A stretch of 56,531 nt of DNA, filler included, from Basidioascus undulatus (taxonomy: Eukaryota), in the NCBI GenBank assembly GCA_000826855.1. It is 5 parts of 5 records of this genome, joined end to end, with 100 filler letters (N's around TTAATTAATTAA, not from the genome) between each part and the next. Parts side by side here need not be neighbours in the genome. Positions count along the whole stretch, not along the records: positions 1 to 11,245 come from JTLS01001026.1; positions 11,346 to 22,578 come from JTLS01001027.1; 3 more parts are not named here. One strand, 5' to 3'. Positions 1 through 12,219 of the stretch are shown here, one piece after another. The notes under the pieces are model-generated. The model saw only the letters and a list, made by a program, of their open reading frames with translations, was not told the origin of the DNA and did no database searches. Every line of letters begins with the position of its first letter. Position 1 is the first letter of the stretch. The position numbers and the translations under genes are program-made.

Positions 1-194
1 TCACAACAACTACCCCTATGCTCTTTAGCCTGATATGGGTGTGTGAAAATCTGTGAAAATTATTATGATTGGGCTGTGACTGTCAGGCTTGGTCGTGTTT
101 CTCTTGCGCTCAGGGTACGTAATACGGATGATCATCGGCCTCCGGACGTGAGAACATGCCTTCATGAATGTCATGACCGTCATCACCCAACCTC

Positions 195-2855
195 TCATCG
201 CCCCACAGCCTCTGCGCCCGTCGCGCGACCCATCATACCCGCCAGCGTGCGCTGCAGCTCCTCCCACTCGACCTCGGGCCGGGGCACGGCTGCCTCGCCA
301 ACGTCGTAAACGTACAGGCTGCCGTCGCTCGAGCCGAGCGCGGCGCGCCGCCCGTCCTTGCGGTCCCAGGCAAGCTTGTTGATCGCACGCGGGGAGGGCG
401 AGGTGGTCGCGACGGGTACCTGCGAAAGTGAGGGTGAATATGAGGCGGAGAAAAATGGACGGTGAGGGGTAAGCTGCAACGGAAGGCACGCTACGCACCT
501 CCGTGTCCACGTTCAGATTCCAGAGGTGGAACTCGCCGGCGCCGTCGACCGAGCCAAACACGGCCGGATGCGCAGGGTGCCACTTGACGTCGTACACGTA
601 GTCGGTCGCCTCGTCGAACGAGTGCAGAGGGAGCACGGGAAGCGGCCCCGTCGGCGCCTTGGTAGCGGTGCCCGCAGCAGCAGCGGCGGCGGCAGCGGCG
701 GTGGTGCCTTTTGCGCGCCAGAGTTTGACGGACCAGTCGACCGAAGACGTGAGGAACATATCGCTGAAGTCGACGGGCCCGACGCCCGGGTGGAAGTGCA
801 GGCCCGTAACGGGACCGGCGTGGCCTGCGTACACGTCGGCGTGGTTGAGCCCCGCCTTTGTGCCCGCGCGGTCGTACCGGTTGCCCTGGAAGACGTGGCC
901 TTCCTCGGTCCCCACCCAGAACGTCGTCGTCTCGTTGTCCGGGAAGCCGAGGGACGTGATGGCGACCTCGTCCGTCTTGGTGCTGTGACCCGTCCGCGTG
1001 AGCTCGAGCGTTTCCTGCGCACGCCCAAAGGCGCCCAACAGCATCAACAGTGCATCGCAAGCGAGAAAGTAGAACAATGAGAGACGCACTTGAGGCTGAG
1101 CGAGCATGTCAAGCAGCCAGCTGCAGACCATGCCGTCCGTGCTGGTCGTGATCAAGTTGTGCGCGTTCTGCGTGCCGACGATCTGCATCGCGTAGACGGG
1201 GTGCGTATGGCCAGCGGCTGAGAGGGGCGTCTTGAGGACGGGGAGATGCTTCGCGCGCGTGTCCCAGAGCAGGATCTGGCCAGAGTAGGTGCCGCCGAAG
1301 ACGAGGTTGGAGTGGAAGGGGGAGAAGGTGATGGATAGGACGTCGGACTGTTCGAAACAAATCAAGTAAGCGGGCACAAAAATGTGGCTGGAGAACATCG
1401 GCGACGTGAGACGAACCTGGGAGTGGAAGACGAATTCTGGTCGCTCGAGCAGATGCAGGTTCCAAACGGCGACGATACCGTCAGGCTCGTTCAAGCCGGA
1501 CGGGTTCTTGTTGTAGGAGGCGACGCTGAGTTCGGGGTACTGAAGACAATCACAGCCGGTCAGCCCTCTGAAGCATCTAACCGAGGGATAGTATGTCCAA
1601 GATCACGCACAGTGGGCGACCAGTCGACGTCCGTAATCGAGCGATTCTTGGTCCACTTCTCATCCGAGAAAGCGCAGACGAGCTTGATCGTCTTGCCCTC
1701 CGAGTCGTCCCTGAGCAATAACAGTCTCGTCAGATTTCCTGTTCGCCGAGAGCTTCTGAGCATAGCAAGTGAACGGGCTGCGCACACTGCAGAGTCTGCG
1801 CCTATCCGATAATCCCGCGTGTAGTCGTACCCATCGCTCAACGCACGCTGCACGATCTTGGATGAGTGTTCGATGAAGTCCGAGAACTCGGGCGCGAGGT
1901 AGACGGCCGCTCGCTCTTCCTCGGTCAATTCTGCTCCGGCGCAAACCCACAGAGTGAGCGCTCAGGGGAACTTCGCAGGTGTGAAGACCCACGCACCTCG
2001 GATCTCCTGCTCAATCTCCCTCTCCAGCTTCGCCTCCTCCTCCGCCATCGCACGATCCCGCTCGGCCTCGGCGCGCAGGCGCTCCGCCTCCTCGCGCTGG
2101 ATGCGCGCGCGCAGCTCGGCCTCGTCCGCGCGCGGAAGGTCGTCTTCCGTTTCGGTCGAGGTGGAGGTGGTCTGGACTTCCTTGTTGTACACGACGCGTT
2201 CCTACAGGACAGCGCCCGCATATCTTGAGAGATAGCCCTAAGATGGTAGAATATGAAAGACGAACTCGTTGTGGGAGTTCAAACAGTTCTTGGTCTACGG
2301 AGACGAGATCAGATGCGGACCGGAACCCAGACCCACTGCTCCTTCACAATGTCAACTCCCTCATAACCTCCAAGGTCAACAATTATGACGAACCTATCCA
2401 TGAAATGCGACACGTCCGTCCCTCCTGGTACCAGCGTCGTGCCCAAGCTCCCGCGCTCGCTTCCAGCATCGGAGAAGCCACCAGCAGCGAGTGAAGGCGT
2501 TGCCGGGGAAGAGGGAAAGCCGTCGCCGAGAGCTTGTGAAGCTGACAACGGCAGGGGAGCGGAAGAAGATGGTGCAGGACTGCCGGTGCGAGGTCCGACA
2601 AGAGACTCTACGAGATCGTCAACGTCTTTCCGGACGAAGGGGCTCCCCGGCGCAGTCGAGGTGCCGGCCTGTTCCGCCCCGCACGTCTACCTCAGCGCCA
2701 CCTCGGAGACTGATATAGAGCACAACAAAACACACCTCTGCCAGCTCACGCTTGGACTGCGACAACGCGTTTGAACGCTCCTCGCGAGCGCGCCGCAGCT
2801 CGGCGAGCTTCGCCCGCTTGGCTTCGATCTCAGCGCGCCGGCGGGACTCGGCCAT
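195..2855 (-). CDS. PAC11: Cytoplasmic dynein intermediate chain (WD40), multi-exon
   Basis: N-terminus MAESRRRAEIEAKRAKLAELRRAREER; light-chain-binding segment YNKEVQT; FIEHSSKIVQRAL; WD40 repeats (RSITDVDWSP, GGTYSGQILLWD, HTHPVYAM, LTSSVDWSVKLW, DYVYDVKWHPAHP); exons separated by GT-AG introns; ATG 2855, TGA 195-197. Confidence 0.95.
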
Positions 2856-4250
2856 GATGGGACGGCGATTAGGATGGGAAGGATATAATGCAGGTAGTGT
2901 GTATAAGTGTCAATTTTGGTGCTATTGCGGCTTCGGGTGTTCGACGAGGATAAGAATTGAAGCGAGAAGCTGCTGAGGTGGATGCGGGAGAGGGTCGAGC
3001 TCAAGAGACGCGTGCAAGTCGCGGCGGTGATGGTCCGCTGCCCCTTGGCTGCGTCAATCATCCCTCGGCCACACAGACTCTCACACCATGTCATATTCCT
3101 CGCGCTGATACTGACGTGAATATCGAACGATTCCACGCACACTTACTTTGACAATAATGTATTCGAAGCGTGCTCAGTTCGCTCGTTTCATTCGTTCGTC
3201 CTTCCACATCGCACCGTCGAGCGTCGTCTCAGCCCTTTCTCTGAGCGATAGGCGGCCGGACGGACATTCGTGTTTCTTTGGGAACTCAACAGGTCCAACT
3301 GGGTCTTGAAGTTCAACAGTTGGGGGCTTGCCGACCAGGTCGGCTTCGAACTGGCTCGCCGCATCATTGGCTCGCGGCGACGATGCTTCTTGAGGGCCAT
3401 GGGCATCAACTCAATCAAACATAACCTTTGAAGTCGACGTCCAGGTCGACATCCAAACCTTTACTGCAACTCACCTATGGTCACCTCCCATGCGAGTGCC
3501 TGATCCTTTCGACGGCAACCCTGCACACCACAGCCGAGCTCACTCCCAGTCCTCGAGCAACCTTCCCGCCAGCTGCGAACTCTGATTTTCAATATTAGGG
3601 ATTGACTTTACCCAATTCGAATGCATTCATCAGCGAAACATTTCGGCTCCGATCCGGTCGCACTTGGCCGCTATAACCACAATATCACTGACAGTGCCTT
3701 CGGGCCCAACTTGTCAAGCTCACGAAACATATCTGGCCCTGGCGAGACATCGCAGCCCACACGGGCCAGAACTTCTCAAGAAAACCTACCAGTTTGCATG
3801 TAGTTTGGCACACTCATCAAGGTCCAATGTCGGCTGTATCTTAGGCAGCTCTGAGAGCTCTCGTTTCGGTTCCTCGACGCGTGCGTTCTCTACTTGATCA
3901 GGTTTATCCCGAAACCCCCTATGAGTTTCTATGGGCGCAGCTGGGGGCCCCTCGAGCTAGACGTATGGTGCCTGCGGGCACACATTTGGAAGCGGACGCA
4001 GTGAGGACTTTCAGGCAGACAAAACCGTTTCGCTTCTCATTACAGTTCCACTTCTATCTCCTCTTGCTCATCTTCCATCCACCCATCCTCAAGTCAGTCA
4101 GCACCGGTATCCTCCCAGTATAACCCGCACTTCAGCGCCACCTTCTCTACCTCCCTCGTAACCCTAGCGCCCCAAACTGAGGTGGCCTCATACTCGCGCC
4201 CACCAAAGAAGTCCTCCCAGCACACCCTCTCCAGCCTGCTCACCTTGCCC

Positions 4251-5094
4251 GCCGATATCGCGCTGTGTCCTCTGGAAGCGACTCGCATTCGTCTCGTGTC
4301 CCAGCCGACGTTCGCCAGTGCCTTGGTTAGCGGGTTCTCGAAGATCCTCAGCCAGGAGGGCGTGGGCGCGCTGTATGCTGGGTGAGTGCGATTGTTGACT
4401 GCGTGAAGACGCTGTGCTGACTTGTGGTCCGGCCCGGGATAGTTTCGGTCCCATCCTGGTCAAGCAGGTTCTGTACACCATGGCCAAGTTCGCTGTCAAG
4501 GAGGAGGTCTTCGAGGCGTCTGTCAAGGCGATGGGGAAGCCGAAGTGAGAGCTGTCTAACGGTACCATCACGTCGCTCAACCTCGGCTTGGGTCTGATTG
4601 CTGGTTTAGCTGCTGGTGCGTCCAAGAACTTCACTCAACTATGTTCTACCGCCGAGAAGAGAAGGATCTGCGGTAACTCTTGCCGACGTGACCGTGCAGC
4701 GATCGTTTTTCAGCCGGCCGACACGCTACTGAGCAAGATCGACAAGGCCAAGGCTGAGCCTGGTGAGGCGTCACCTCCCGCCTGGTCAAGATGGCCAAGC
4801 AGCTCGGAGTCCGCGGTCTGTTCGGTGGCATGAGTCAGTCTACCCGCAGACATCTATGCCAAGCATAGGTGGGTGTTGCAACGCCTGACTACTCTTTTTC
4901 CCGCCGTATCTGCAGCTACTCGTCTCGTCATGATAGGTACTCTGACCGCTGGCAGTTTGCCATTTTCAGAGAGGTACAGTACCGTGTTACGATTCCGTTA
5001 TCGCGCCGCTCAACTGACAGTGGCTCTATTCCTCAAGGTCAACCGCCTCGTCGCAGCCACAGGTGGCTTCGACATTCCGCCTTTGTCTAAGTGA
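4251..5094 (+). pseudogene. MIR1: 5'-truncated, intron-retaining pseudogene of mitochondrial phosphate carrier (Mir1/Pic2 family)
   Basis: [58 protein letters not shown] are carrier signatures; in-frame TGA at 4546-4548; frameshifts near 4770 (TSRLVKMAKQLGVRGLF resumes in another frame) and near 4953 (G-Q-FAIF broken); no N-terminal third found upstream. Confidence 0.88.
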
Positions 5095-5536
5095 ACGGGG
5101 ATGGAGTATGGATAGGTAGAGATTCCATGATAGACGGCATCGCCTCAATGAGAGAAGAATACGAGGGCCACCTGTCCCCCGGCAGTGCACGCCGAGCGTG
5201 CTTGAATGGATGGGGTGGGATGCGTTAGACTCTTGAGCGAACGCAGGAATGAGACCAACAAGACTGCTCAAATTTCCAACAACTCCGTAACCATACAGTG
5301 TCATCCCAAAAAGGGAACATCTGAGAGAAGGGAGAAGCTCAGAAACGACTGTCAGTTTCAGTGCACAGAATCGGCGTCATCTCGCACACGTAAGCAGCCG
5401 CACTCGATTGTTTCTCGGCGAGGAAGACGTCGCTGCCCTTCCCTCCATCATCCCACTCTCATCATCCCACTTTCCTCCATCCGCCCATTTCTGTCTATCC
5501 TCAGGGAACGATCCTCTACTCGGAAACGACCCCAAC

Positions 5537-5940
5537 ATGTCATCCGAAAGTCCATTCCTTCCCGACGCTCATGAAGCACCCGCTACATCTCCCGCCCCAT
5601 CTCGTGCGAGCCCTCCGGGGGACTGCCTCCAGTGCCGACTTACGGGCGCTCTCACGCTCGGAGGGGCGGGAGTGTATGCTTTGTACGAGGCGCGTAAGCA
5701 CGGCGCTTTCGAACGCGTCAAGGGCACTGGGCGAGGCGACTCGGGCACGGTCGCTAGACTGGGCAAGGGGCTGAAAGGGAAGGGTGGGTTGCCGGGGACG
5801 GGTTTGGCGGTGTTTGGACTGGGTGCGTGCTTTCTTGCATATCATGATTCCGGAATACAACTCATCCTTAGTATGCGGTGGCTTAAGGGCTGATTTCGGC
5901 GGGGCTGTTCCGGCTAATGGTCAAGAACCCTCAACTATGA
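5537..5940 (+). CDS. Small DUF4536 (DMAC1-like) membrane protein, 2 exons
   Basis: DCLQCRLTGALTLGGAGVYAL motif (DCxxCRxxG) plus a second hydrophobic Gly-rich helix; intron 5823-5887 restores GLISAGLFRLMVKNPQL*. Confidence 0.75.
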
Positions 5941-7062
5941 TCTGATACTTCCCGTTCTTGAGACTTACAACGACCGATCCGATTGCTGCACTGGCTCACA
6001 TATCTTACACTTCCAATAATTGGCTGGGGTTCGCCTCAGTCGTTCACATCCGACTCTGCGCTTTCAACCGATTCGAACTCAACTCGCTTGCTCTCTTCTC
6101 GCGCACTCTCGCATTTTGCCCGCTCGAGATTTCACTCGCCCTCGACCGCACCCCTTACTTCCGGCTGTCGGTCCTCGCCAGTCTAACGGAACCTGCTCCA
6201 CTGCTCCCGTGTTATGTTCGATCAAGCGATGAGGCCTGGCAGCTGCGTGGGGAAGCGTTGGCGGCTGCAGATCCGTGCATAACTCCATATCCTGGCTGAG
6301 AAGGATCTGAGGGTCACTTCTTGCATACTATTGCATGACTGGCTACTCGCGGTCCATGTGCCCGCTTTGATGAGCAACGATGCGAATTGACACGTCCTTG
6401 GTCGTGTCGATCAAGAGCGTGCGCGCTCCTACGTTGCTTTGTTGGCGTACTCTCCTATATTTTCACTCCAGATATAACCTTAAGGGATTGTTGTAGCTCT
6501 GAATATGATTTCTTTCATGGAGGTCGAACGTCCATCTCTGCGGCAAATGTGTCTGTTTCGTCGCGAAGACCGCAGCGGCTGAGAAAAGAACCCGGTCGAA
6601 TAAACTTCGCTGACGATGTCCGTGCGATGTACAAACCTCCATTTCTGCTCTATTCTTTGACAGTGGGAATACGGAAAGTGAACGACGCTGCGCAGCTGCA
6701 CATGGGTGGAGTGCAGGTTGAGCAAGAAACCATGGCCACCGTGGTTGGGCGTGATCCTTCCACCGACATGGAATCCGAAGCAGTCAGAAAACGGTTACCG
6801 TTTCACCTTTGCGGTATGTTGCCGGATAATGCTCCCGACATACAAAGGAATGAGAAGGCGACGTCTGCGAAGCCCGAATGCCCGACTCCGGGACATAGCG
6901 GCCCGGTCCGTCCGCGTCGCGCTACGAGGGCTCAAGGTGTCGCCATTGCCTGCACTGCTTCTTGTCCTCCCCTCACGGCCTCCCATCAAGAAGCAGATCT
7001 CCCAAAGAGTGCAAACCGCTGGTTCATCTGTCTAGACTACAGCCTCCCCGTATCGTGCAAAC

Positions 7063-8075
7063 ATGTCCAGTAAATTCATCCTGCTCTCCAACCCCAACTC
7101 GCCGGTACGTCTTGGCCTTCCGCAGCTACATCCCCAACCGCTCGACATCTGGAACCCATACTGATGCAGTTCTTGGAAGTACGTACACAAAGTGCGCGTG
7201 GCCGCGCGAGAGCTGGGGCTGTGGGAGCAGATCGAAGTCCGGGACGTCAGTGCGTGTTCCGTCTTCCTCCTCTTCGAACGTCTGATGCTGGCAGACTTAC
7301 CTTCCCAACTCCAGTTGCCTCACCCGTAATCGACTCAGAAGTCGCGCAGAACAACCCTGCCGCAAAGGTCAATTGACCACCCTGCATTTTCCACCCTCTG
7401 CGAGCGCTCAGCCCAGGCACTGCGTGGCAGATCCCGACCCTCGTCTTCCCCTCCGGCGAAGGCATCTTCGGATCGCAGACTATTGTGCAGTACCTCGACC
7501 TCATCGCAGGCGGGGGGAAGCTCCTCCCGCCGTCGACGGATGCGCGCCGCATCTCGGCGCTGACGCTCGAGAGCGCGGCGGACGCCCTGCTTGACGCAGC
7601 TCTGTTGCTGCGCTATGAGACGTTTGCGAGGGTGCGCTTGAGAGGCTTGATCTTAAATGACACTGCGAGTTGATGTTTCATGTTGCAGCCGGAAGCGCTT
7701 CGTTGGGACGACTGGGCCGAAGGCCAGAAGAAAAAGGTCCGTCGCACTTCAACGTCTCCGTGCCCGCGCAAGCTCTCGCTCAACTCCTTCCTCTCCAACA
7801 CCACACAGATCTTCCGCTCCCTCTCATACTTCGCCGACCGCCTTCCCTCAGCGACAAACTCCGCTCCCGGCGGGCGACTCTCCGACCCGAGCGCCACGGG
7901 CGTCCTGCCTCTCCAGTCGATCGCCGCCGCTTCCGCGCTGTGGTACCTGGACCGGCGCTTCTCTACCGACTTCGATTGGCGCGCGGCCGTCAGCGGCGGC
8001 GCGGCGCTCGCGCGCTGGTACGAGCAGGTGCAGGCGCGGGAGAGCTGGAAGGCCGCTGAGCAGCCAATTTCTTAG
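7063..8075 (+). CDS. Glutathione S-transferase, bacterial YibF-like subfamily, 6 exons
   Basis: Spliced: MSSKFILLSNPNSPYVHKVRVAARELGL...NNPAAKIPTLVFPSGEGIFGSQTIVQYLD...ADALLDAALLLRYETFARPEALRWDDWAEGQKKKIFRSL...IAAASALWYLDRRF..DWR; five GT-AG introns (donors at ~7105, 7250, 7368, 7632, 7737). Confidence 0.85.
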
Positions 8076-8230
8076 TCGCGGGCTGGCGGGCATTGGCGCA
8101 TTTAATTGCATCCAGGGGACTATAATACCAAATTGACAATCATGATCAAACGCCTTCGGGCTAGCACGATACACTCCTGCTGATAATCTCAAAATGGCTA
8201 TCTGCGTGCTTCAAACAATACACACCACAC

Positions 8231-10637
8231 TCAGAACGCCTCGCTCCACACATCTCTTCCACCCGGCGGGCCGCCCTCCTGCTGCTGCTCGTCGCGCCTG
8301 GACAGCGGCTGTGCGTAACGCTCTTTGAGCACGGCGAGGCGCGAGCGATAGTCGTCCGCGTTGATGTACGCGCCGCACAGCCTGCGACGGCCTTCGAATG
8401 CGGAGCGGCCGTGCAGGACGCTGTTGAGGGTGAACACACCGTGTGGGAGATCAGCGTGATGCGAAGAGAGCGGAGGAGAGTATGAGGAGAGACGGACCGC
8501 CAGTTGTCGAAGACTGCAATGAAAGAGCGCCGGCGTCAGAAGATCTGATCCGAGCATTGGGGACATCAAGAAAGCCAAACGCACTCAATGCTGTGCCCGG
8601 CGCCAAGCTGCTCCAGTACTCGGAGTCATCGCTAGTCAAGATTTCGTTCCACTTCCTCAGCGCGTCATACCACTCCTCCACGACAGCCGGGTCGATATTG
8701 CGCATCGCCGAGCGGTCGTCGTTGTTGTACCGGACCTGGAACAGGTCCGTGCTGACGGGGTCGTGCCGGAGGATGGGGTACCCGGCGAGCGGCGCCGGCC
8801 GGATGAGCACGTCCGGGTCGCCTGCCGCGTGCGCCGGCACGCGCACGGTCGACAGGAGCTCGTACGCCCGTGGGTGCAAAGAGCGCAGGAGAGAGGCACA
8901 GTAGAACCCGTCTACGATGAGCGAGTGCCCGCCTGTAGGAGCGGCTTCGAGAAGGTGGAAGAGCTGCAAGCCGATGGGGTCCGTCTGAGGGAGAGGGTGA
9001 GGGCACGTCGCGGTTGAAGACAGCAGATCGACACATACGAAGTAAGTCGTATCAGCTGCAAACCGCTCGAAGCGTCAGCCTCAACATCAGAGAAACGGAA
9101 GGGCGATCAAAAAGACGCACTATGAACTTTCAGCGCAAGATTCGTGTACGCCGTGTCGCCATGTGCCAAGTCGGCCGTAAAGTCCCAGAACCCGCCATCT
9201 GCGCACCCCATCCCATCCACCTCATCAGCCACCATCACCACCCTCCCTCCTGCACCGCCGCTCGCAGGACAAACGCACAGTGCGACTCGCGGATGAACGC
9301 GATCCTTCTCGCGAGCTTCTCCGTGTCCTCCGGGTTGACGGGCACGCCCTCGATAAAGCAGAACCCGAATTGCTCCTGCGTCCCACCATCCCATGGTTTT
9401 CTCCAATCAGCCGATCTGTCGCGGGAGGAGAGAGGGGAAGTGCACGGGCGACGCACGATCTTGCGCAGCCACTTGAACACGCCCGCGTCGTCGCGCATGA
9501 CCTCCTCGTACGAGACTTTGGGGGGTGTGGAGGCGATGCGGGAGGACCAGAGGATCTTCCTGTGTTCCGCACCAGTCCCATTCAATGCTCTGTCAGCAGC
9601 GGAGGAAGGAGACAGACGCACTCGTCATCAGCTAGGATCCGGCGGTCATGCTCGTCCGCCAAGGGGGGGTTATAAGAGTTGGCGTAGAGCCAGCGCCAGG
9701 CTGCCATTCCATCCTCAATCAGCTCCATATCCAGCCAAGCGCACCCACCATCAGTCCTCCAACGCACGATACCGCGAAACATGAGGCGGCTCGCCTCTCA
9801 CCGGCGCCCCTGCAGCCGCGCCCACTCCCAAATTGCATCAGCACCTCCCGCATCAGCTTGCCTCTGAAGCCCCAGACGCACAGGTGACTTCCAGCCCGGA
9901 TGGCGAGCTCTCCAGTGCGGTCGGGTGCATATCAGGCGGGATCTGGTCGTCCCTCTCGCAACCGATCAGCACCGCCTTCCTTCCTTTTCCCTCCCGGCTT
10001 CCCCTCCCTCCCTGTCCACTTACGCCAAATGTGTCCACCAGCCGCTGCTTCGTCACCGGGTGGAAGCACTCCGGCTGGCGACAGTGGTCCCTCAGCCAGA
10101 TATGATGGCTGCGCCCCATTCCATCCCACACCCATCCCAGTCCTCAGCATCGCGGAAGGAAGGAAGGAAGGGAGGAAGGGAAGACGCACAACTCGCTCGT
10201 CCGCCCGCTCTCCCACGTGATCTTCACGAACCGCTTGTCGAACGACGCGCGCGGGCCGTTGTGTGCTGCGGTGGAAGCGGGAGGGGCGAGGTCGTCGGAC
10301 TGTGAGGAGGGAGGCGCGGGGGCGGGGTTAGTGGTGGAGAGCGGGCGGTATCGCTGCTCGGAGCATCGGATCAGCAATGCTGGGTTCTCGTATGTACGAT
10401 GGGAATGTACGGGAACGCACACTGCTTCCGCACACAAGCGAGCCACTCCCCCCGACGAGTGCGACGCCGGCTCGGACGGCGCTGCTTCGAGCCGGCGAAG
10501 AGCGAAACGACGTCAGTTCCCCCGCTCCCCGCGCTCCCTTCCCTTCCGCGCTTCACTCACGGGGCGGGGGATGCGGCAAAGGCGCGCGGGCGCGGGCGCA
10601 GGGCGGTGCGCGCTATGCGCGTGGCGGAGGTCGACAT
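8231..10637 (-). CDS. TMLHE: Trimethyllysine dioxygenase (Fe/2-oxoglutarate dioxygenase, carnitine biosynthesis), multi-exon, probable mitochondrial presequence
   Basis: HIWLRDHCRQPECFHPVTKQRLVDTF (GBBH-type N domain), FGFCFIEGVP, GFWDFTADLAHGDTAYTNLALKVHTDTTYF, DPIGLQLFHLL, VDGF, QVRYNNDDRS, FDNWRVLHGRSAF..RRLCGAY; Arg/Ser/Ala-rich N-terminus MSTSATRIARTALRPRPRAF. Confidence 0.93.
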
Positions 10638-11072
10638 TGTGTAGATGGTAATGGTGGTTGGTGGGGGAGGAGAAGAGAAGCCAAGACAGTTGAGGAACAG
10701 GGGACGGAGTTGGGCCCGGCGTCCCGAGGTTTCGGGCGTGTTCGTGCATAGCTGTGTTTCGGAGGCGTATTTGCTGATTTTGAGAGAGACGGACAGGCAG
10801 GAAGGAGGTGTATGATGAAAAGGATATGAATTGAATTGAATAAATCAGAGGGAATGTGTGTCGGTGTGGTGGGCAACCCGGGAGGACATTGAGGTGAAAT
10901 GCACTCCGAGACTAGAGAAAGGACGCCATTGCGAACGAGGGAGGACTAGAGCACGAAGGAAGAACAGCGAGCAACGAGCAATGAGCGACGAATAGGAATA
11001 CGAGTACATATTCTCAACAACACAGCGCGGAACAGCCAACAATAACAAAGCAAGCAACCCTCCGCTCCTACT

Positions 11073-11245
11073 CTACACCCTCCCCGCATCCGCGCTCGCA
11101 AACCGCCCGGCGCGGACCCTGCGCCTCTGCAACTCCTCCAGCGCCCCTCCTCCGCCGAGGCTGGCGGCCCACGCCTGGGTATCCGGGAGGCTGCTCGACC
11201 GCGCCGGGAGGGCCGGCGGCGGGAGCGCGCGGTCGCGGTACAGGG
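11073..11245 (-). CDS. 3' end of an unidentified gene truncated by assembly gap
   Basis: Open GC-rich frame LYRDRALPPPALPARSSSLPDTQAWAASLGGGGALEELQRRRVRAGRFASADAGRV* running out of the gap, followed by UTR-like sequence. Confidence 0.5.
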
Positions 11246-11345
11246 NNNNNNNNNNNNNNNNNNNNNNNNNNNNNNNNNNNNNNNNNNNNTTAATTAATTA
11301 ANNNNNNNNNNNNNNNNNNNNNNNNNNNNNNNNNNNNNNNNNNNN
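11246..11345. other. Artificial 100-nt assembly spacer
   Basis: N-run with central TTAATTAATTAA (stop codons in all six frames). Confidence 0.99.
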
Positions 11346-12219
11346 TTCTACTTCTCCCTCACCAACCCCGTATCGACACCCTCCTTTGAACTTCTCTTTT
11401 TGTTTTTCTTCTTCGTTCTCCGTTGCTTGGTTTGGGTTTGAGTTGCATTGGGTTTGGGGGAAAATGGGGGAGGGGAGGGGGAGGGGGCGTTGGAGCTGTT
11501 ATACACGCATTGCAGCAGCTGAAGACGCGGGTGCAGCAGCGCATGCATCGTCTGCTTGAGAGGGAAAGGGTCAGCTGAAAGAAGGAAGTTTGGCTGCGCT
11601 GCGTCGGCCCCACTCAACTTGCACCCATCCACAGCTCGCCGCTTTGTCATGGAAAACCGAGACCTTGGCTCTTATCTCATGGAGCGATGCAACTGTTTCT
11701 CTCCAACACCGCAAGACACGCGCGCGCGAGGTGCAGGATCGGCACGAAGCGGATGTGCGCTCCTTTGAGAGTGGACAGGCGGTACTCCCTGGTCCTGATC
11801 GAGGAGCGCGGGTCACGCTCTAATCTCGTCTGTCTCGTTCGTAGCTGTTGATCGATTACGATGTACAGGTCTACGATTCCATTGTGCTGCTTCTGAAGTC
11901 CGCGGTCGTTGTTGCTCCATCGTGCTGCAAAGTAGTCGCCACTGCGCAGGCGTTGTCGCAGAACGTCGCGGACCATCTCGCTCGCGCGAGGACATTGGGC
12001 AATAGAATGTAAGTTTTCAACTTTATTGCCTAAATCTCGGTGTTATATGAGGTCTTCTGGGGGAAAAAGTAATGGCCGCAAGACGCGCTATGAGGAAGGA
12101 GAAGACGCACCTGACGTAAGCACCGGCGCTGTGGGAACTCCCAAGAGACCTGCGCTTTCTTGCCGCTTGCTCTCAACGCTCATCTTCTCCTTGGTCTCTA
12201 GGCACCGCGCACTGGCAGC

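Noticed and set aside
491..1080. Long overlapping and antisense Arg/Pro-rich ORFs over GC-rich exons (also over DIS3, PEX14, SLP1, KYNU)
   Set aside because: Expected shadows of high-GC3 coding sequence.
3177..3480. Protein-like minus-strand fragment upstream of dynein
   Set aside because: No start, motif or partner exons could be supported.
6387..7073. 228-aa plus-strand ORF upstream of the GST
   Set aside because: Non-ATG start, no recognisable motif, no introns, overlaps the GST start; treated as chance or decayed sequence.
11290..11301. TTAATTAATTAA palindromic repeat recurring four times
   Set aside because: Embedded in N-runs of fixed length; artificial linker, not biology.
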